This document shows positions 27,083 through 36,804 of a DNA stretch of 64,000 bases, one piece after another. This DNA is from Candidatus Undinarchaeota archaeon. GTDB lineage: Archaea; SpSt-1190; JASMDC01. The notes beneath the pieces were generated by a model. That model saw nothing but the letters and a program-made list of their open reading frames with translations. It was not told the DNA's origin and did no database searches. How positions within the stretch are numbered: position 1 is the stretch's first letter; each line of letters begins with the position of its first letter. The position numbers and the translations under genes are program-made. Location of the stretch: the NCBI GenBank assembly GCA_964519305.1, contig CAZFHY010000010.1:72379-136378 (forward strand). Reading direction: 5' to 3'.

Positions 27083-30000
27083 TCATCCTCTCCGTGGTGC
27101 ACAAGTGCATCCGCACGAACGTGTCTCGATAGTACAATCGTCGTTGTCGATATGGAGCTCGCAGGTGGGAAGACAGCCCTCGCACACGACCTCGATCCGG
27201 CATCCGCCCATGTCGAACGTGGCGTCTATGGTCTGACGCGCAGCGTCCTCGAGCTCGATCTTCTCTCCCATAGTGACCCAGGCATTAGGGTAGAGCGAGG
27301 GATCTGCATCATCGTCGAGCCATAGGGCGCCGTCCCCGTCCGTGGCGGTGACGTGCAGCCCCATCGCGTTACCTCTTCCGGTATCCCCGAACGCGCCGAA
27401 CACCGACGAGCGGAGCTTGATGGTACCCCCTCGTTCCAGCTCAGTGACGTCCTCTCGCACGTGTCCGCCGACGACGTTCATGCCATACTCGAGCCGTGAG
27501 GCTGCCTCGATGCTCCCGGAGAACGGGACGTGGGCGAGGTTCCTGACATCGATCTCGAACGACACGGGCTGGCGCAGTACCGCCGTGGTGATGGGCTGGC
27601 CGTCAGCGTCGCGGTACACCGCTTCGGCGATCCTCAGACGGGGCCGCTTCACCTCGAGGTAGGCCAGGGGATAGCCGAGCTTGACGCGGGAGCGCTCCTG
27701 GACGCACCAAGAGGTCATGAGGCGTCCTGTGCACCTCTCCGGATCGAATCCCTGCTCGTCTAAGATCATGTCCAGGAGTAGGTCGCCGGCCCCGTCGGTG
27801 ACACGGACGCCTATATGGAGGACCCAGCCGAGCTGGTCTTCCATTAGCTGGAACGGCGCGGTCTCCACCACTAGTTCCTCACCAGGTGCATCGATCGTCC
27901 TTGTCGCGTGCGTTCCCGCCAGCTCCTGTGATGCACCGATGACCGCGTATGTTTCCACCGATATCGGGAACACCTTGGTCGTCACGACCAGTCGGCCGAC
28001 GACCTGCATCCCGGGATTGCCGTCGGTCACCTCCTCGTCACGGTCCGTGGCCACGAATGCACCATGGGTGATGCTCACCTCGCCCATTTCGACTACGTGC
28101 GTCAGCGGTCCGGCGGCAGTGGCGACACCCTCGCCCTCATCATCGAACACTTCCAGCTGGAGCTGTACGGTGGCGTTGGCCATCCCCGGATCTAGGAGGA
28201 TGGGATCGGAGATATACGCCCATGAGTCACCAGGGGCCAGCGGACGGATGGGGATGTCCCGCAGCTCGATGATCTGCTCCTCGCACTCGCATCCGCACTC
28301 GTACGACTCGGGGCATGTCGGACAGTCGCACTCACCGATGATCCTGAGCTGTGCCTTCGCGCGTCCCGTGAAGGGATAATCTCCGGTGTTGTTGACCACA
28401 GCACGGATCCTGACGCTCTCGTTGGCATAGAAGGTCAGGGACTCCTCGTCGTCGCGGAGGAGAGCGACGTCTGACACGACGACCTCGGAAGCAGTGGCCT
28501 TGCAGAGCTTAGCGCACTCCTTCTCGTTCCCGCCCGAGCTCGTGCAGTTTTCCATGCACGCGATGGTGGCGTTGGCCGGATCGCATCCCTTGAAGCAACG
28601 ATCACGGCCGTCCCTGTCGTTCGGGAATCGCACGTTGCAGTCGGTCACGCACGCAGGATCCCTCCCGCACTCGACGAGGCAGTCATGCTGGATATCTAGG
28701 TCGTCCTCGCCCAGGCATCGCTCCTCGCAGGCGACCTGCACCTCGTCGCACTTCCGCATACATGTCCGTGCGTCGCCCGAGCTGGTCCCGAACTTGATGA
28801 TGCACCCCTCCTCGCAGACTATGTCAGCCCCTCCGTCACCAAGGCCCACGCACGCTTCCAGACAGGGGCGGAGAAGGACAGGATCAGGCCGCTCTCGTGC
28901 GCACGTGTCCTCACACGTCGAGTTGCTGGGATCACATTCGCGCATGCAGTCAAGGGCCACACTGACATCGTTCTCGGAAAGGCAGTCCTGTTTGCACTCG
29001 ATACTATCGTTGAGCTCCTCCTCGGGCTCGGGTGTCGGTGTCGGCATCACCGAGGGCGAGGGGGAAGGTGTGACCGTAGCGTTGGGTGTCGGGCTGGGAG
29101 TGACCGTGGCGTTGGGTGTAGGCGAGGGTGTCGGGGACGGCGTTGGTGTGGGGGTTGCCGTGACGTTCCCCATGTTGCACTTCTTGATGCACTCACGTGC
29201 TGCTGTGCTGTTATCCTTGTGCTGGTCCAGACACGCCTCATCGCACGGCACCTCACGCGGCTCGCACTCGATCTTGCCCACAGGACGCTCGGCAAGCCCC
29301 TCAAGGCAGCATAGTCCGGTTTCGGACGTCCTCCCGACGCAAACGTCGTAGGTCATGCCCGCGGCCCTTATAGGCGTCTGACAAACGCTCGCTCCGCTCG
29401 TGGGCCCGGAGGGGGCATTATAGGATGGCGGCGGGAGCGTTCCTGTCCCAGGCTGGCCTGCAGCACCTCCCATCCCCTCCGGTGCACAGCACTCCCTGGC
29501 CAGCTCAAGCGCCTCCTGTCCCCAGTTTATTGGACAGTTCATGTCGATGGGGTGGTGACCGCTCCCGGTATGGCAAACGCACAGGCTGAGCTCGGGGTGA
29601 CAGTGGGAGCCTTTCGCTCCGAAACATAGCTGGCACGCCTCCTGACACTGTCCCGGGGACAGCTGTGATTCATCCGGAGGTGTCGGCGGGCGATGGGTCT
29701 TGTATCTGAAGCAGTCCTGCATGTCCATGAAGAGCGTGTCCGGGTCCAGGCGGGCAAGGTTCCGGAGCGCTGCGACGTGCCCGGACGGCCACGAGTCGAC
29801 GTTCAGGTCCAGCAGCTCCGCACCGTCCACCAGCTCGGACTCGCACCGGCCCGGTGCTTGGCCGTACCCGGCGACAGGTGCATCGCTGGTGATACGTCGT
29901 GACAGCTGGCGGAGTTCGGGTACCTGCTTGCTCCCACCGGACGATGTGGACGTACCGCCGCTCGCTCGCTCCTTCGCCACAGCGGTCCGGTTCTTGACGC

Positions 30001-32734
30001 TGTACCGCCCGCAGAAGCCGTCCCATGGACCTGACCCACGGTAACCCATCCGCGCGCTCTGGAGCTCACTCTTGACGACTATCCCGATGTCCTCGCGTGA
30101 CGCATCCTGGCCGGTCGTACTGTCGCTGACATCGTACCGTCGCCACGAGCTGGAAACCGGGGATGAGCTGCCGGTCGTGGGGCCTGCGTTGGCGTCAGTG
30201 TACCCTATCGCATCGCTGTTACCTGGTGTCCTAGGACTGGCAACGTCGCGGATGATTGGGTCCCCGGTGAGGGTGACGAGGGTGGTGAGCTCGTACTGGA
30301 ACGTTGTGACCGGCGTGTTGGCGCCCGCTTCCAGCGTCCCGACCAGGTCGTTCACGTGCTGCTCGAGCTCGGGCGGCGGGGCACCGGTCCGCATGGAACC
30401 GCGCACGTCGCTGGCGAGCGTGCGCAGTTGTCGTGCGAGCACCGTCATCATCTGCGTCCGCTGGTCGAGGGCCGCCATGTTCTTACCAATAATCTCTGCC
30501 AGCGAGCAGGGATCGAGCACACGCTCCCCGATGACGTCGGACCCTCCGGCGGAGCACGCGTCATGGAGGTCCGCCATGGCACGCTGACATGCCACGAGCA
30601 CGGACGGTAGGGTGATGGTCGCCCGGGAGGAGAGGGTGCGCAGGGTCGCGTTCGCGATGTCGCAGTCGCCCTTGCACTTCGAGGGGCAGGTCGCATCCTT
30701 GCGGATGCAGCAGTCGCCCTGCTCCCCGGGCTTGACGACGCACTTGTAGTTGCCTGTTTTGTCGTCCTTCTCCGCCCGCAGGACCTCACCGCACGTGTCC
30801 TTCGTGTCGAGGGTCCCGCCCTCCCCGGGATTGCCGATCCTGCATTCCATCCCGTACGAGCAGGGCACCGCCGCGCAGAGCGGGCACGTCACCGACTCGT
30901 CGACGCTCTTGGCCTTTGTTATCTTGTGGACAGGACCGCTCGTGCCATGGGTCGCCGGGCCGCCATGAGCTGGTGTCCCCCCTATCTGCCGGCAGGCCTC
31001 TTCGAACCGCTCCTGGATGATCTCCGGGTAGCGGGGACCGTGACCCTTCTTCCGACAGTAGTAGTCGGCATCGTTCCACTTGGTTCCCGGGCCGTAGTAC
31101 TTCTCGCAGGACCGCATCATGGCGTCGTAGGTCGACGCACCGCCCTTGCTGTACCCGATGGCGCTCTCCATGGCGCCCATGCCGCGATTGTACCCGAACT
31201 GGACGAATGTGAGCGCATCCGACTGGGACGCTCCCATCGACTGTGCCTTGTTGAGGTTGGCCGCCAGCTCCTTGAGCCCCAGGTCGATGCCCAGGTCCGC
31301 GTTGCCCTTGCACGCGCAGTATAGCGGTGACGATTTTTCCACCCGGCACGGGTAGTCCACCTGCATGATGCCACCGCAGTTCACGCTCGGGTTGCAGCTG
31401 GACTCCTGCATCATCAATGCGGCTACCTGGAGCGGGTCGATGCGACCGTGGAGGCCGTGCTTGCCCATGTACTTGTCGACGATGTCCATATAGGGAGCGC
31501 AGGCCCCGAGGCTGGTCGAACCGAGCTTGCTCATGTCACCGCCCTGACATCCATAGGCACCACTGGCCTCTTCCGAGCCGTCGTCACCAGTACTTTCACC
31601 CGAACTATCCGCGCCTCCACTGAAGAACATGTCCCTGATCTCCAATGGGTCCATGTACTGCCCGGGCCCCTGGGGACGGGCTATGAGGATGCCGAAGTGT
31701 AGGTGAGGGACCTTGTTGCCCAGACCGACGGTCCCCACGTTCGTCCCCTTTGTGACATGCCTGCCACCGCTCCCATCGGGGACGTGGAACGCCAGGCTCT
31801 TCATATGGGTGTACCATGCGAAATAGTACGTCTTCCCCTTGTTCTTGATGGGCTTGTCGAACTTGAGGAGGATGCTGTTGGGCGTGTCCGGGGGCGTGGT
31901 CCATGTCGTATGGCCGCGCTCGCTGTAGATGAGCGTACCATCAGCGACGGCATAGGCGGGGGTGCCTGCATGGACGTGGATGTCGATGCCCCGATGCGCC
32001 CCTGGGGCACCGTACGTCTTCCACTGGGATTGGCTCGTCCCCTTTATGGGCATATGGAGGTCGCCACTTGAGCCCTGGCCGCCTGAGGGTGACTGCTGCT
32101 CGCTCCCGGTGGTGTCACTTCCACTTCCATCGCCATCACCCTCGCTCGCGCTATCGTCCTCCTCGATCTCCCGCTCGTCGTCAGGACGGCACTCCTTGAG
32201 CCCCTTCACCTCGCACTTGGCCTGCGTCACCATATGGCAGAGCGCAGGGCCGACCCCCTCGCCCGCGACCTGTGCGGCAGTGAGCCCCTCGCCACCAAGA
32301 CGCGGATCGCACTCACCAAGCCCGAGCCCCTTCACCTGCTGGATCGCCTTCTGGCACACGAGGCACTGCTGGACGAACCCGTCCTGGGCGATGAGCATGT
32401 TAGTTGAAATCGTCCTGTAATGCCAGGCCATCTGCTCGTACGCGGACGCCATGGCATCAAGGTAATCGGCCATGTTATCGAACACTTGGCCCGTACAGGG
32501 GATTGCGAGGTTGGAGATTGGCGGACCGGCGGCCCCGGAGCCGCCGATGCCATCGAGGTTGAGGCCGCCGATCTCGCTGGTGGAAACCTCCTCGTTACCC
32601 GCCGTGACGTTCGTGAGCTCCCCCTGCTCATGTCCGTCCTCTACCTCGAGGCTCGTGACCGAAAGGGCGGGTGTGATGAGTAGGAGGACTATAATGAACG
32701 CATACAGTGCCTTTGTTTCACCCATTTTCACCAC
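27083..32734 (-). CDS. Giant secreted protein with M23 peptidase, SLT-like transglycosylase, Cys-rich repeats, P/T linker and CARDB/Ig-like domains
   Basis: M23 motifs HRGIDI, YTHM, PHLHF. SLT motifs ALMMQESSCNP, GGIMQV, YNRG. Cx3C repeats and VNNTG. Confidence 0.88.
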   Translation of the reverse strand: MVKMGETKALYAFIIVLLLITPALSVTSLEVEDGHEQGELTNVTAGNEEVSTSEIGGLNLDGIGGSGAAGPPISNLAIPCTGQVFDNMADYLDAMASAYEQMAWHYRTISTNMLIAQDGFVQQCLVCQKAIQQVKGLGLGECDPRLGGEGLTAAQVAGEGVGPALCHMVTQAKCEVKGLKECRPDDEREIEEDDSASEGDGDGSGSDTTGSEQQSPSGGQGSSGDLHMPIKGTSQSQWKTYGAPGAHRGIDIHVHAGTPAYAVADGTLIYSERGHTTWTTPPDTPNSILLKFDKPIKNKGKTYYFAWYTHMKSLAFHVPDGSGGRHVTKGTNVGTVGLGNKVPHLHFGILIARPQGPGQYMDPLEIRDMFFSGGADSSGESTGDDGSEEASGAYGCQGGDMSKLGSTSLGACAPYMDIVDKYMGKHGLHGRIDPLQVAALMMQESSCNPSVNCGGIMQVDYPCRVEKSSPLYCACKGNADLGIDLGLKELAANLNKAQSMGASQSDALTFVQFGYNRGMGAMESAIGYSKGGASTYDAMMRSCEKYYGPGTKWNDADYYCRKKGHGPRYPEIIQERFEEACRQIGGTPAHGGPATHGTSGPVHKITKAKSVDESVTCPLCAAVPCSYGMECRIGNPGEGGTLDTKDTCGEVLRAEKDDKTGNYKCVVKPGEQGDCCIRKDATCPSKCKGDCDIANATLRTLSSRATITLPSVLVACQRAMADLHDACSAGGSDVIGERVLDPCSLAEIIGKNMAALDQRTQMMTVLARQLRTLASDVRGSMRTGAPPPELEQHVNDLVGTLEAGANTPVTTFQYELTTLVTLTGDPIIRDVASPRTPGNSDAIGYTDANAGPTTGSSSPVSSSWRRYDVSDSTTGQDASREDIGIVVKSELQSARMGYRGSGPWDGFCGRYSVKNRTAVAKERASGGTSTSSGGSKQVPELRQLSRRITSDAPVAGYGQAPGRCESELVDGAELLDLNVDSWPSGHVAALRNLARLDPDTLFMDMQDCFRYKTHRPPTPPDESQLSPGQCQEACQLCFGAKGSHCHPELSLCVCHTGSGHHPIDMNCPINWGQEALELARECCAPEGMGGAAGQPGTGTLPPPSYNAPSGPTSGASVCQTPIRAAGMTYDVCVGRTSETGLCCLEGLAERPVGKIECEPREVPCDEACLDQHKDNSTAARECIKKCNMGNVTATPTPTPSPTPSPTPNATVTPSPTPNATVTPSPSPSVMPTPTPEPEEELNDSIECKQDCLSENDVSVALDCMRECDPSNSTCEDTCARERPDPVLLRPCLEACVGLGDGGADIVCEEGCIIKFGTSSGDARTCMRKCDEVQVACEERCLGEDDLDIQHDCLVECGRDPACVTDCNVRFPNDRDGRDRCFKGCDPANATIACMENCTSSGGNEKECAKLCKATASEVVVSDVALLRDDEESLTFYANESVRIRAVVNNTGDYPFTGRAKAQLRIIGECDCPTCPESYECGCECEEQIIELRDIPIRPLAPGDSWAYISDPILLDPGMANATVQLQLEVFDDEGEGVATAAGPLTHVVEMGEVSITHGAFVATDRDEEVTDGNPGMQVVGRLVVTTKVFPISVETYAVIGASQELAGTHATRTIDAPGEELVVETAPFQLMEDQLGWVLHIGVRVTDGAGDLLLDMILDEQGFDPERCTGRLMTSWCVQERSRVKLGYPLAYLEVKRPRLRIAEAVYRDADGQPITTAVLRQPVSFEIDVRNLAHVPFSGSIEAASRLEYGMNVVGGHVREDVTELERGGTIKLRSSVFGAFGDTGRGNAMGLHVTATDGDGALWLDDDADPSLYPNAWVTMGEKIELEDAARQTIDATFDMGGCRIEVVCEGCLPTCELHIDNDDCTIETRSCGCTCAPRRG
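28480..29260 (-). repeat. Coding repeats: Cx3C-x(8-12)-Cx3C units and a (TP/SP)n linker with duplicated TPNATVTPSP
   Basis: Visible in the translation. Linker at about 29030-29165. Confidence 0.85.
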
Positions 32735-32750
32735 GCTTCCAGTACACTAT

Positions 32751-32769
32751 GTCACTACTTACTAGTGAC
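32751..32769. promoter_or_regulatory. Perfect 7-5-7 inverted repeat (candidate operator) upstream of the murein-hydrolase genes
   Basis: GTCACTA-CTTAC-TAGTGAC between the TATATATA box (about 32795-32802) and the start at 32734. Confidence 0.45.
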
Positions 32770-32920
32770 TGTTACTATATTATCTGTCGTTTCCTATATA
32801 TACGGCTTTCGGTACCGTCATGTTCGAACAGGTGATCAGTCCCCGTACTACACCTATTCCTATCACTTGACAGCCCATAACCGGGCTATCTTTAAACACC
32901 TACTGCGTCGGGCCAAGGCC

Positions 32921-34435
32921 TCACTGTGATGGTGGAGAGACACCGTTCATCAGGTAGAAGAACAGGAGCATCTCATAGAGCGCCTGGTTCTCAGTGCTCG
33001 AGGGATGGTTCTCATCGGCCATGGTGTCGTGGAACTCGTCCCAGCGGGTGTCGCGGGCAAAGGGCGTCGCCTTGTATGCCGATGTGGCCTTATCGAACTC
33101 CTCCTGCATCCTTGGCAGGTAGATGTGGAGCCCGTGGGCGCGCTCGTGGAACTCGCTGTTCCTGTTGTCGAGAACAGCATCCTCAACGGTGGTGAGCACG
33201 TCCTTGGCGGTCGCTCGTACGGCACCTTCGATGTTACCGTTGGCCACGATCTTGTGTGCGAGATCATAGACGTCGACCATGGAAGTGCCGCCGAAGTACG
33301 TGTTCGTCAGCTGGTGTGTAGCGAAGAATACTTCCTTGAGCTCGGTGTACGGCGTATCGTACTCGATGATGGCCCCTGCCATCCGGTCGATGGCCTCGGC
33401 CACGGCGGGCATCTTCTCGATGTCGATTGCCGACATGGTACTGACACCGTCCTTCTCCGATGCGACCTCGTCCACTACGAGAAGGGCCATCTGACGGGGC
33501 GTGAGCTCCGTTCCAGCGGTTTGCTTCTCCATCATGATGAGTGACGCCTCGTTGAGCAGGCCCTCGTAGTCCCAACCCCCTGCATTGATGACCGACTCAC
33601 TGGCGACCATGTAGCGAGCCACACCGCGGACGGCGTAGGCGCCTTCCGTGGAGGCCATGAGGCATGCATCGAAGCCCAGAACGTCGATCTTCTCGCCCGT
33701 GGTCCGCTGGACGGAGGTGAGCGCTTGTCGGATGCCCTCCCAGCTCAGGGGTCCTGAATCCGCCGACTGGTCGTCAATGACACCCAACCATCCTGCACCA
33801 TGGTCGGCGATGATGAGCATGTAGTTCTCGGCAGGGTAGTTCTTCACACCCCAGGAGACGAAGTCATAGAGGGTCTTCGGGCTGGCCATGTCGACCTGTC
33901 CGAGCTCGCCCAGCACCGGCGATGTGACGATATCATCCTTACCCTCCTTCTGGATGAGGTAGCGTCGGGCCCCGCTCCAGGAGTCGCCTTCGTTCGTGGT
34001 GATGTTGTTGCCACGGTCGTACTGTACAACGACGTTCATCTGGTCCGTGGAACCGACGGCCTCCATCTCGTCGATGTTCTGATACATATGGGTCGAGAGG
34101 TTGTTGTCGGCGGCGGAGTAGACGAGGACCGTCCACGGCTTCTCTTGGGCGATGCGCTCGCGCTGCCCAGGAACACCCGCCATCTCGGTCGGCAGGGATA
34201 CCTGATAGCCGTCGATGTTGAACTGTGAACCTTGCTCCAGGGAGGTGTACGAGCCCTGCTCGAGCACGTAGGCGGGCCGTTCGGACATCCTGCCTGATGT
34301 AATGAGATCATCGATGGCCCCCGTAGGTGGTGCTATATCTGATGCAAGACCCATGCCTCCGTAGAGGAGGCCGAGCCCCAAGCTAGCGACCCTTTGTGCC
34401 GTCCGTCCGATATCATGATTAGCATCGTTCTCCAT
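32921..34435 (-). CDS. Clostripain (peptidase C11) family, membrane-anchored
   Basis: WTVLVYSAADNNL, ADHGAGW (His), GFDACLM (Cys), ASE. Start MENDA at 34435. Confidence 0.93.
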   Translation of the reverse strand: MENDANHDIGRTAQRVASLGLGLLYGGMGLASDIAPPTGAIDDLITSGRMSERPAYVLEQGSYTSLEQGSQFNIDGYQVSLPTEMAGVPGQRERIAQEKPWTVLVYSAADNNLSTHMYQNIDEMEAVGSTDQMNVVVQYDRGNNITTNEGDSWSGARRYLIQKEGKDDIVTSPVLGELGQVDMASPKTLYDFVSWGVKNYPAENYMLIIADHGAGWLGVIDDQSADSGPLSWEGIRQALTSVQRTTGEKIDVLGFDACLMASTEGAYAVRGVARYMVASESVINAGGWDYEGLLNEASLIMMEKQTAGTELTPRQMALLVVDEVASEKDGVSTMSAIDIEKMPAVAEAIDRMAGAIIEYDTPYTELKEVFFATHQLTNTYFGGTSMVDVYDLAHKIVANGNIEGAVRATAKDVLTTVEDAVLDNRNSEFHERAHGLHIYLPRMQEEFDKATSAYKATPFARDTRWDEFHDTMADENHPSSTENQALYEMLLFFYLMNGVSPPSQ

Positions 34436-34601
34436 GGTTGTCACCTTCAGTTCTTGTTCACGTTCAGCAAGTTCTCTACGAACCGTGCTGCCTCTGAAAC
34501 GGCAGCGATACCGCTGTAGAGAATACCTAGCCCGATAATCTTGGAGCGTCGCCCCGTCAACTTTGGACAATACATTTCTACGCGCTTCATGGCCGTCACC
34601 T

Positions 34602-35714
34602 TCACCTCTCGTTCACGTCCAGCAGATGATCCACGAACCGCGCCACCGCAGCGTCCATGGCGACCCTGCGGGTGCCGGTGTCACCTGACATGGGATCGGT
34701 GGGGTCGAGCAGGTGATGGCCCCCAGGGACGAGCAAGAGCTCAGCATGTCCTCCGGAGGCCTGATGGATCGACTCTGCGTTGTACATGGGCACCACGTCG
34801 TCATCAGTGCCGTGAATGATCGTGTACGGGACCTTGATATCTGCTGCCATCTCCTTGAGGTTTGGTTGTGCCGGGTCCATAATCTCGTTCACAAGGCACC
34901 CGACGGAGTCCACCTGGATGAACTCCTTTCCGAAGGGGATGTGTAGGATACGAGAGAGACCGGATTGGTACAGGAAGCGGGAGAGCTTGCCGTCCGGGTG
35001 GTCCATGGTGGAATCGCGCATGCTGGTGGGCGCGCCCCAGGTCACTAGGACCTCGGGATCGGCACCCTCGGCAACGCTGCGTGCCGTCAGGTAGCCGCCC
35101 ATGCTGTGACCGAATAGCCCGACCTTGCCACCGCCGAGCTGTTCGCGCAGGTAGTCCACGGCGAAGTCAGCGTCATTGGCCATGCTCTGGAGGTGGAAGT
35201 CGTCCGTTGATGTGGCGTGTGCCCGCTGGTCGTAGAGGAGGACGGTGAACCCCTCGTCGTAGAGCATCTGTGCGAGGTCGTAGTGGTTCGCGCGTGTTCC
35301 ATTGTAGCCATGGGCGATCACGACACCAGCACCATTAGCGTTCGGCGGGGACCAGACCTCGCCGTGGATTGTGACGCCGTTCGCATCGAGGTGCACCTGC
35401 TCGACCATGTAACCGGCCGGGACGGCCAGGGGATCGGCCTGCTGGTGCTCGACCTGTGCGACCGCCTCTGGCAGGTTGACCGTGTATCCGTCGACGGTAA
35501 GCTCCTGTCCGGCCTGGACGTCCGGGTGCTCTACTATATAGGCAGGTGTCTCGGCGTACATACCGTCATGTCCAGGGACCATCGGTCCGGGCTCTGTCAC
35601 CATCGACCCAGCGCATGACGCGGCCATGAGCGCTGCCATCCCCGCTCCGAGATACCGCCTGAACTGCGGGCGGTTCTCCCCCGCGTCATCCTGGTACGAT
35701 ACGCCTTCAACCAT
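34602..35714 (-). CDS. Alpha/beta-fold hydrolase, membrane-anchored
   Basis: AHGY, YDQRAHA, GHSMGG nucleophile elbow, HGTDDDVVP, GGHH. Confidence 0.92.
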   Translation of the reverse strand: MVEGVSYQDDAGENRPQFRRYLGAGMAALMAASCAGSMVTEPGPMVPGHDGMYAETPAYIVEHPDVQAGQELTVDGYTVNLPEAVAQVEHQQADPLAVPAGYMVEQVHLDANGVTIHGEVWSPPNANGAGVVIAHGYNGTRANHYDLAQMLYDEGFTVLLYDQRAHATSTDDFHLQSMANDADFAVDYLREQLGGGKVGLFGHSMGGYLTARSVAEGADPEVLVTWGAPTSMRDSTMDHPDGKLSRFLYQSGLSRILHIPFGKEFIQVDSVGCLVNEIMDPAQPNLKEMAADIKVPYTIIHGTDDDVVPMYNAESIHQASGGHAELLLVPGGHHLLDPTDPMSGDTGTRRVAMDAAVARFVDHLLDVNER

Positions 35715-35932
35715 TAGGTCTGCCTAAGCTTAAGGGTCACCTAATAAATGTTTCCTTTCTCCCAAGAGAAGCTACCATTAAAGCTAACAGGTGACCAAAT
35801 TGTGGCCTGGGGCGGCGGCCGGGCATGGCATGCCCAGGTGACGTGGTGGCCACCGGCCCCAGACCTATGGTGTCCCCCATGGGGACAATCCCCTATCCTG
35901 TTCTCCTTTCTACTGTTCCTGACTGTAGCGAT

Positions 35933-36715
35933 TCACGCCACGAGGGCCTTCTCGAGATCGTCGATGATGGCCTCTTTCCTTTCCCGTTCGCGCCAGAGAC
36001 TGTTGAGCTGTCGTTCGCGGGCCGCTTCGCCCACGACGGGCAGCTTGGTGAGCGTGGATTCATCGATGCGCTCACGGGTTTCGGTCATCGTGTCGTCGAG
36101 CTTGGATCGCAGCGCCGTATAGGTGTCTGCACTGGTGAGGTCGAACACATCCGTGGTGTTCCCCCTCCTGTTAGCATAACCCTCAAGATGGTCGATGAGG
36201 TCGAAGAGGACCTGTTCCTGACCGGCGAACTGGAGAGCAAGCCGTACGCGTTCCGTGTGCGCAAGACCATCGAGGGTCTCGGTGATGGTCTCGGGGAGCG
36301 CACCGTACTCGGCTACGTTGAACGAGTGGTCGTCCGTGTAACGCGTCCCGATGTAGTGGTCTGTGCTGACGTCCTTGGTCACCAGGTTCCGCGTCTCGAT
36401 GACCTCGTACCGCGAACATAGTAGTCCGCTCACGAGATCACTGTCGAACCGGGCTTGGAGCCCCAGCTCGGCGGCCCGCTCCTCGACCTCGACCAACGTC
36501 CGCTCAGCATCGTCCTTGGTCTGACCATAGACGTGGACCTCTTCACAATAGCTCCCGTCGCTCCACAGCTCGTGGATCTCGGTGAAGTGGTAGTTAGTCC
36601 TCAGACGGTTCTCGTACGCGACCTCGGCACCGACGGCGCCAAGGAACTCGCAGGTCCCGGGGCTCACTTGCCCTTCGTAGGGCATGGTCACCCTCTCTTC
36701 GTTCTCGATTATCAT
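35933..36715 (-). CDS. Hypothetical acidic protein with C-terminal coiled coil
   Basis: 260-aa ORF with a TTATTTAA box about 30 nt upstream. Confidence 0.7.
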   Translation of the reverse strand: MIIENEERVTMPYEGQVSPGTCEFLGAVGAEVAYENRLRTNYHFTEIHELWSDGSYCEEVHVYGQTKDDAERTLVEVEERAAELGLQARFDSDLVSGLLCSRYEVIETRNLVTKDVSTDHYIGTRYTDDHSFNVAEYGALPETITETLDGLAHTERVRLALQFAGQEQVLFDLIDHLEGYANRRGNTTDVFDLTSADTYTALRSKLDDTMTETRERIDESTLTKLPVVGEAARERQLNSLWRERERKEAIIDDLEKALVA

Positions 36716-36804
36716 TTTAGACGCGCCTAAACGTTTAGGTCGTCCTTAAATAAGTTCCCTTGGTTACTGAGCGAACTATATTATTGGGGGGAATTGACCC
36801 TTTC

